This document shows, piece by piece, positions 57,992-64,000 of a DNA stretch of 64,000 bases (position 1 is its first letter; the number at the start of each line of letters is the position of its first letter). The notes beneath the pieces were generated by a model. That model made no database searches, had not been told where the DNA came from, and was given only the letters and a program-made list of their open reading frames with translations. The position numbers were made by a program, and so were the translations under genes. The stretch comes from Candidatus Nanohaloarchaea archaeon (lineage in GTDB: Archaea > Nanohalarchaeota > Nanosalinia > Nanosalinales > Nanosalinaceae), in the NCBI GenBank assembly GCA_013343275.1, contig CP046106.1:320001-384000 (forward strand). The letters are read 5' to 3'.

Positions 57992-58065
57992 TGGACTCTG
58001 TGGGATTTGAACCCACGGCCTCTTCCCTGCCAAGGAAGCGTTCCGCCAAGCTGAACTAAGAGCCC
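57992..58065 (-). tRNA. tRNA-Ala(GGC)
   Basis: GGGCTCT/AGAGTCC, CTTCC-TT-GGC-AG-GGAAG, TTCAAAT. Confidence 0.96.
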
Positions 58066-58127
58066 GTTGCTGTAAAGAGAAACTGGAGGGCAGAATTTTT
58101 TAAATTAGAGTGAAGGGACGTGAACTT

Positions 58128-58886
58128 TTAGAAAACGTACGGCCCTTGCTGCCTGATTGCTTGGTTGTGTGGTTTACCCTGTACAGCGACTATCCTGAGT
58201 TCTTGACCTGCAATGTCTACTTTATCGGCTTTTTCGATTGTAAGTACGTCTCCCTCTCCAAAGGCCTGATCTTTTACCTTTCCGCTGCCTTTAACCCCGA
58301 AGAGAAATCCTTGCCATCCCTCCCTGATTTCCCAGCTCCATTCTCCACTGATCTCTACATCCAGATACTGCATCTCGGTTTGAAGTGTTATAGGCGATCC
58401 TTCTCCGATTACAGTAGTAATTTCTGCGTCTTCAGTTTCTGATGTCGGTAACTCGCTTTTCTCAGCGTCCTGATAGCCGGCTTCGATCTCTTTTTTATCT
58501 CGTGGCAGATTCACCCAGAGCTGAAGGCCGTTACAGGACTTATCATTTGCTGGAAATTCGGAGTGTCTTATTCCACTGCCGGTAGTTATCCTCATGACTT
58601 CCCCTTCGCTGGCCGTGTTTTTGACTCCTAGAGAGTCTTCATGGGCCATTCCTCCTTCGATCATGTAGGATACTATTTCGAAGCCTTTATGCGGATGCAT
58701 AGGAAATCCTTTATCCTCGTCTATGTAGAAACGCTCGAACAACACGAAAGGATCTAAACTACTGCTGTAATTGCTCGTTGGGAATGCACGTCTAGAGTTA
58801 ACGCCAGTACCGTGTTTAACCATTTCGCCTTCAACCAGACGGCCTTCAAACTGTTGATTGCTTTGAGTTTCTTTTTCCTCTGTCAT
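58128..58886 (-). CDS. Pirin family protein
   Basis: LDPFVL, GFPMHPHKGFE, HEDSLG, GIRHSE, GLQLWVNLP. Confidence 0.94.
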   Translation of the reverse strand: MTEEKETQSNQQFEGRLVEGEMVKHGTGVNSRRAFPTSNYSSSLDPFVLFERFYIDEDKGFPMHPHKGFEIVSYMIEGGMAHEDSLGVKNTASEGEVMRITTGSGIRHSEFPANDKSCNGLQLWVNLPRDKKEIEAGYQDAEKSELPTSETEDAEITTVIGEGSPITLQTEMQYLDVEISGEWSWEIREGWQGFLFGVKGSGKVKDQAFGEGDVLTIEKADKVDIAGQELRIVAVQGKPHNQAIRQQGPYVF

Positions 58887-58961
58887 AGTAGAAAACCGGA
58901 GATCAAAACTTAAACAGAGACAGGTAACACTCATGCAACCTACTGGCTAAGAAAAAAGAAT

Positions 58962-59588
58962 TTACTCTACAAGAGTTATTTCCTCAACTTCCTCTACTCC
59001 CCCTTCATCTCCAATCGTTACTGAGAAGGCCTTTCCTGTTGATTCTGCTGCTGCATTGAGCACTTTTGTACCCATAAGTTCTCTTTCGCCGAAGTCTTCG
59101 TGTACATGGCCGTTGGCCCATAGTGCCGGTTTCTGCTTCAGGATTAGTTCTCTGAACTCTCCGAATCCGATTCTGTCTCCTGAGTGGATTCTGTCACCTA
59201 CTTTCAGTGGAGGATAGTGTGAGCCTACAATTACTTTCGAGGAGTCGCCGTGTTCTTCAATTATGTCAGTTACCTGCTCTTTGATGTCGTCAGGGAAGTC
59301 TCCGCCGATCAGGATCACGAGGTATTCTTCGTCGACATCAGCTTCAAGGAAGTGGAATACCGGCGCTTTATCCAGCATCTCCTCATCGTCAAAGAGGTCT
59401 CTGTTACCAGTACAGCCCAGGCCCGGAATCTCGATCCTGTCAAAGAGGTCCTCTGCGTACTCCGGCTCGATAAAGTCTCCTAGGTTCAAGTATAGATCGT
59501 AATCTCCTGAATTAGCTTCTTCGATAGCTGCCTCCTTCAGGTCCTCTTTTGCGTGAAAATCGCTGGTAACAAGTAGCTTCAGGCCCAT
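58962..59588 (-). CDS. Calcineurin-like metallophosphoesterase
   Basis: SDFH, LGD, GNRD, SHYPP, GHVHE. Confidence 0.9.
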   Translation of the reverse strand: MGLKLLVTSDFHAKEDLKEAAIEEANSGDYDLYLNLGDFIEPEYAEDLFDRIEIPGLGCTGNRDLFDDEEMLDKAPVFHFLEADVDEEYLVILIGGDFPDDIKEQVTDIIEEHGDSSKVIVGSHYPPLKVGDRIHSGDRIGFGEFRELILKQKPALWANGHVHEDFGERELMGTKVLNAAAESTGKAFSVTIGDEGGVEEVEEITLVE

Positions 59589-59694
59589 AGAGAGAAAGAA
59601 GTTGATTCAATCTTTTAAGTATTCTCAACCTCTTCCAGACAAAGTTTATTTACAGCGCCAGTTCAAAACCTGTAACAGGTGTTTTTCTAAAACA

Positions 59695-60414
59695 ATGAAA
59701 GCTATCAAAGCAGAAGGCCTCTCCAAAAGTTTTGGAAGTGTTGAGGCCCTAAAGAGCCTTGATCTAGAGGTTGAGGAAGGAGAACTCTATGGTTTTATCG
59801 GGCCGAACGGAGCTGGAAAATCTACTACCATCAATATTTTGACAGGACAGTTATCTGCGGACTCCGGTTCTGCGGAGGTTCTGGGTGTTGATCCTCAGAA
59901 GCATCCGAGAACTGTTAGGGAGAAGATAGGTATCCTGCCTGAGAGGGAGGATCCGCCAAGTTTTCTGACTCCCAGAGAGTACTTCCAGTTTGTGGGGGAG
60001 ATAAGAAATATTGAGGTAGCTGAAAAAGTTGATGAATGGGCTGAGAGACTGAAGTTTGAGGAGAAGCTTGATACATTGAATATGGATCTCTCGAAAGGAG
60101 AGAAACAGAAAGTTATGGTTGCCCAGGCCTTCATTCACGAGCCTGATCTCGTCTTCATTGATGAGCCTCTGACTAACCTGGATCCTCTGGTTCAGGAGAA
60201 CGTCAAGAGCTTCTTCCAGGAGTACCAGGAGAAAGGCAACACTATCTTCCTATCTACTCACGTACTGAGCCTGGCGCAAGAAGTATGCACAAAGATAGGA
60301 GTGCTTGACGAAGGAGAGCTAATCAGCGAGCACGATATCGAGGAGGTAGGAGAGCTGACAGAGGAGTTCCTTGACGAGGTGGAAGGATTTGAGTCTGCTC
60401 AGAGAAATGATTAA
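59695..60414 (+). CDS. ABC-2 type transporter ATPase
   Basis: GPNGAGKST, LSKGEKQK, IDEP, STH. Confidence 0.95.
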   Translation: MKAIKAEGLSKSFGSVEALKSLDLEVEEGELYGFIGPNGAGKSTTINILTGQLSADSGSAEVLGVDPQKHPRTVREKIGILPEREDPPSFLTPREYFQFVGEIRNIEVAEKVDEWAERLKFEEKLDTLNMDLSKGEKQKVMVAQAFIHEPDLVFIDEPLTNLDPLVQENVKSFFQEYQEKGNTIFLSTHVLSLAQEVCTKIGVLDEGELISEHDIEEVGELTEEFLDEVEGFESAQRND

Positions 60415-61786
60415 AGAAGAATGGAGGATGCATTCCGAACTGTTCGGAGGCCGTAACTTCGCTCTATTCCCTGTAGTAATATTTGCGGCCTCAGCTTTCC
60501 TGGTAGCGTCTTCCTTTGTAACAGGATTCACAGTAGGTCAGATAGAGTCAGGGATTCTGGCATTGCTCTTCTTCCTCGGACTCAACGTCGGCTCAATAGG
60601 GTTTATCAGCAAGGATAGAGCTGCCAATCTCATAGGAGAGAATAACCTGCTTATATACTCGTCCAGGACACTTCCTATACAGCAGAGAAAGATTGTATCC
60701 ACATTCATACTGAAAGACCTGATCTACTACGCTGGACTGTTTGTAGCACCTCTATCACTGGGGCTTGTTGCTATTAACTACTTTACACCCTACAGCTTTC
60801 TGAGTATTGCTACAGCATGGGTTGCAGGCTCAGGGATGTTTATGCTTGGTGTATCGATCAGCCTGGCCTTTGCATCACTCTACAACCTGGGCAAGGAGTA
60901 CCTGGCAGGATTTACTCTTCCGCTCGCAGCTGTAATCTACTATGCTGATGTAGGCCTTCTGGAGCTTACACCGGTAGCCTTCTTCAACAACCCGGGAATT
61001 GGAAGCTTTATTGCAGGATTCCTACCATTTACAGTTCTCGCTCTCTACAGCGTGGCAATCTTCAAACCTTCACCCGGCAGGAAAAGCCGGACCAGCGATG
61101 CCAAGTTCATCGAGGTAAGAAACTGGCTGGATTTCGATGACACAGGGATAGTAGCCAAGTCAGTACTTCAGTTACTCAGAAGCAGCGGCGGCATAATCAA
61201 AATTTTCTTCTCCTACGGCCTGATCTTCAGTTTCTATGTATTCATGATGAGTCAGATCCCATTCCTGACCGCCGGGACAGCAGCACCAGGCCTTATCGCA
61301 GCACTTATCCTGTCGATCGCATCCCTCTCAACATACAACTGGATTACCTTGAACGACAGGCCTTCCAGCTACCTGAAATTCCCTATAGAGATGCATGAAG
61401 TATTTGACAAAAAGCTAAGCCTGTATCTGGTAGTATCGGTTCCGGTTTCCTGGGTATTCATGGCTGTAAACACCAATCTTTACGGGCCTACAGGAGGGAT
61501 TATCGGAGCACTAAGCCTTCCATCGATCTCGGTATATCTTGTCGGGGTTGCCGCATACCTTTCAGGACTTGAACCTAACGAGATGCTGTTCGGTGCCCGG
61601 AAATTCACTATATTCATGTTCAGCGCTGGCACAGTACTGGTGCCTATGTTTGTAGCAGGGCTGATGTACAGTTACGCTCCAATGGCTATCTCTGTAGGTT
61701 TCCTGCTGTTTTCAATGGTTATGGGGCTTGCAGGATTCCATATTTTCCATGAAGCAGCTCGTAAATGGGAGAGAAAGAACAAGTAA
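60389..61786 (+). CDS. ABC-2-associated polytopic permease
   Basis: EEWRMHSELFGG..FALFP; about 12 TM; overlaps the ATPase gene. Confidence 0.85.
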   Translation: MSLLREMIKEEWRMHSELFGGRNFALFPVVIFAASAFLVASSFVTGFTVGQIESGILALLFFLGLNVGSIGFISKDRAANLIGENNLLIYSSRTLPIQQRKIVSTFILKDLIYYAGLFVAPLSLGLVAINYFTPYSFLSIATAWVAGSGMFMLGVSISLAFASLYNLGKEYLAGFTLPLAAVIYYADVGLLELTPVAFFNNPGIGSFIAGFLPFTVLALYSVAIFKPSPGRKSRTSDAKFIEVRNWLDFDDTGIVAKSVLQLLRSSGGIIKIFFSYGLIFSFYVFMMSQIPFLTAGTAAPGLIAALILSIASLSTYNWITLNDRPSSYLKFPIEMHEVFDKKLSLYLVVSVPVSWVFMAVNTNLYGPTGGIIGALSLPSISVYLVGVAAYLSGLEPNEMLFGARKFTIFMFSAGTVLVPMFVAGLMYSYAPMAISVGFLLFSMVMGLAGFHIFHEAARKWERKNK

Positions 61787-61831
61787 AAAATTTGGAGAAG
61801 GCGGGGCCTTTCTTTTCCCTTTAATTTCTTC

Positions 61832-62164
61832 TTATTCATCAAAGTCGTCGAAGTTCTTGAAGGAGTCTACACCGTAGGCCACTGTTGATGCTGCTCTTAC
61901 TTCTGCAGCGATCTGTACCGCATCTGCTACCTCTTCCCTATCTGCACCGTGCCTGATTGCCTTCTTGCTGTGGGCATCGATACAGTAGTCACATTTTATG
62001 GCAGATGCTACGGCCAGCATCATCAACTCCCGTGTCTTATCATCGAAGCTAGTGCTGTCTTCAACCTCATTCTGCCACTCTGTAAACTTCCGGCCTCTCT
62101 CACCGGATGCCTCTTTGTACTCCTTCGCAGCCTCTTTATGGTCATGGTCAATCAGATCTGACAT
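61832..62164 (-). CDS. Carboxymuconolactone decarboxylase/AhpD-like protein
   Basis: KTRELM.LAVA..IKCDYCIDAH...A...GA. Confidence 0.9.
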   Translation of the reverse strand: MSDLIDHDHKEAAKEYKEASGERGRKFTEWQNEVEDSTSFDDKTRELMMLAVASAIKCDYCIDAHSKKAIRHGADREEVADAVQIAAEVRAASTVAYGVDSFKNFDDFDE

Positions 62165-62220
62165 ACCTGAGATTTCGAATTGCCTGAATATTAAACCATT
62201 TGCCGACTAAAAGCAAGACA

Positions 62221-62853
62221 ATGGTGGAAAATTCAGACATAGAGAAATACTTTCTCCAGATACTGCCCGAAATCTTCCCTAGCGACGAATGCAGAGCTCT
62301 CCTGACACTGATAGCTGGCGAAAGGCCCGGCGTACTCCTGATGAGCGTGCAAGAAGAGGACGAAAAAGTAGTGGAGAACTTCTGCAACGATTTCAATCTT
62401 GAACTACGGTTTATGGGGGAGAGAAATGAGTTGTTTGAGCCAGGAGCGTTCATAGCTCATGAGGAAGACAGGTTCTCAGTCCTTGAGGAGAGTCACGGCA
62501 AGTTTTACACCTGTTCGGATGAAGCCGTTGGGAAGTTCCTCGGATATCCGGAGGATGCCATCAAGTTCTACTCCAGTACTGAGGAAGACGAGATTCCAGG
62601 CCAGAAATTCAGAGAGAAGGTTAAAGGACTCTTTGAAAGAGATGTACTGGACGAGGAGGATTTAAAGCACCTTCAGCTCGTTGACTACGTGCCAAGACCC
62701 GAGAAAGAGAATATTATTGAAGCTGTTAAGAGAGGGAAGAAAAAGGAGAAAAGCCTCAGGCAGTTCGACGAGAGAAGAGAAACCCGTGTCGCCGAAATCT
62801 ACCTCAGGGAGCTGTACGAAAGGTTCGATGTCGAGGAATTCCTATCCTCCTAA
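62221..62853 (+). CDS. Hypothetical protein
   Basis: Acidic; GKFLGYPEDAI motif. Confidence 0.75.
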   Translation: MVENSDIEKYFLQILPEIFPSDECRALLTLIAGERPGVLLMSVQEEDEKVVENFCNDFNLELRFMGERNELFEPGAFIAHEEDRFSVLEESHGKFYTCSDEAVGKFLGYPEDAIKFYSSTEEDEIPGQKFREKVKGLFERDVLDEEDLKHLQLVDYVPRPEKENIIEAVKRGKKKEKSLRQFDERRETRVAEIYLRELYERFDVEEFLSS

Positions 62854-64000
62854 CGCTTGAGCACCGGTTCCGGAAGATAAACTCTTCTATCCCCTGAGCT
62901 GAGACTTACTTCTTTGACTGTTTCCCAGCTCGTCTCATTGATTGCTACTGCCTTACTGCTAGAGAATACATACATGGTGTCGCCAATGTAAGTTGCTCTC
63001 TTCGGATTCTCTAACTCTACCTTCTTGATCTCTTCAAGCCCGTCACTGTAGCTGTAGATGTAGCCACCATCGGATGCCGGGAGGAAGAATGCCTTGTGTC
63101 TCCTGTCGATCATGAAGGCATGATGGTTGTTGAGTGCTGCAGAGTAGCTCTCGTTCAGCGATTTACTGGCCGATATCTCGGGACTTTCTCCTGAGACATC
63201 GAATACAGTCAGTTTGACAGAGCCGTTCTGCCTTCCAACACCTAGGATTCTGTCCTCTGAAAGAGGATGCAGATAGGAGGAGTATCCTTCCAGCTTCAGC
63301 TTACCCTCGAGAACGGGTTGATCTCCCGAGAGATCGATTACGTGGAAAGGATCAGTCCTCCGGTACGTCACTACATAGGCCTTATTATCGATAAAACGTG
63401 CAGAGTAAACCCTCTGCTTTAATCCCATACCTTTCAGAGATGATTTAACTTCAAGATCGCTGTTGAGTACGTAGAGATCGTTCTCAGATACCGCATCAAA
63501 CCTCCAGGAATCTCCTACCGTAGTTACAATCCTGAACTCTTCTCCCTGCTCATCCATCGAGAACTGATCATTGACTTCTCCAGGAACGCTACCTTCAGCC
63601 TCCAGCTTCAAATTGTCGAGTCCAAACCTGGCGATCGAGGTATTTACCAGCTTTCTCTTGCGTTCATCAGTGTAGTTTCCGAAAGCGTTCTCGAACTCTT
63701 TCTCAAACTGTTTTCTCTCGCTCTCCGAAAGCTGGGAGCGGTAATCCCTGAGAGTGGCCTGAATCTCGGCCTCAAGCGCTTGTTGAGATAGATCATAGCT
63801 GAAAACATCCTGGAGATGATTCCTGGCCTGGCTGTCAAGCATTTCAAGACCTTCTGCCTTCAGGAAGTCGACTGTGACCTGTGTCTCATCAGCTGAGCGG
63901 GAGTAAGTCAGGTAGATGTTATCTTTCGACATGTAGACCTCTGTATTTGAAGGGGAGCCTAGGAAGGCCTTCCTGGACTCTACTTTTCCATCTCGGGAAA
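62850..64000 (-). CDS. Secreted beta-propeller domain protein (partial, 5' end outside the window)
   Basis: VYMSKDNIY, NDQFSMDE, YSARF, VTYRRTDPFHVIDLS, GYSSYLHP; frame open to the window edge. Confidence 0.9.
   Translation of the reverse strand, partial: SRDGKVESRKAFLGSPSNTEVYMSKDNIYLTYSRSADETQVTVDFLKAEGLEMLDSQARNHLQDVFSYDLSQQALEAEIQATLRDYRSQLSESERKQFEKEFENAFGNYTDERKRKLVNTSIARFGLDNLKLEAEGSVPGEVNDQFSMDEQGEEFRIVTTVGDSWRFDAVSENDLYVLNSDLEVKSSLKGMGLKQRVYSARFIDNKAYVVTYRRTDPFHVIDLSGDQPVLEGKLKLEGYSSYLHPLSEDRILGVGRQNGSVKLTVFDVSGESPEISASKSLNESYSAALNNHHAFMIDRRHKAFFLPASDGGYIYSYSDGLEEIKKVELENPKRATYIGDTMYVFSSSKAVAINETSWETVKEVSLSSGDRRVYLPEPVLKR

Overview
Gene-dense archaeal chromosome segment with a strongly acidic (salt-in) proteome, very short spacers and many leaderless starts. 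An exosome together with many Halobacteria-like genes points to a nanohaloarchaeon (DPANN); this is an inference. Contents: the proteasome/exosome superoperon (psmA, SBDS, ybaK, rrp4/41/42, rpl37ae, rpoP, pcc1, pfdB), sepF, thiI, ychF, hisS, lysS, rpl40e, and four tRNAs (Ile-UAU with a 56-nt intron, Thr-GGU, Ala-CGC with an 86-nt intron, Ala-GGC). Also a Zn-efflux islet, a SufS module, an AddAB-like helicase-nuclease pair, ABC transporters, uppS, geranylgeranyl reductase plus ferredoxin, and a coiled-coil histone-fold protein. No CRISPR array, rRNA or transposase was seen. Most striking observations: (1) two related twin-hairpin mini-ORFs that bridge adjacent genes with stop/start overlaps at both ends; (2) about 100 copies of the palindrome AGGCCT by manual count; (3) a tandem-HTH regulator with a CX2CX5CX3C motif divergent from a Cys-rich membrane protein plus sufS; (4) apparently homologous introns in two different tRNAs; (5) loss of metal-ligand cysteines in eL43 and the AddB-like subunit.
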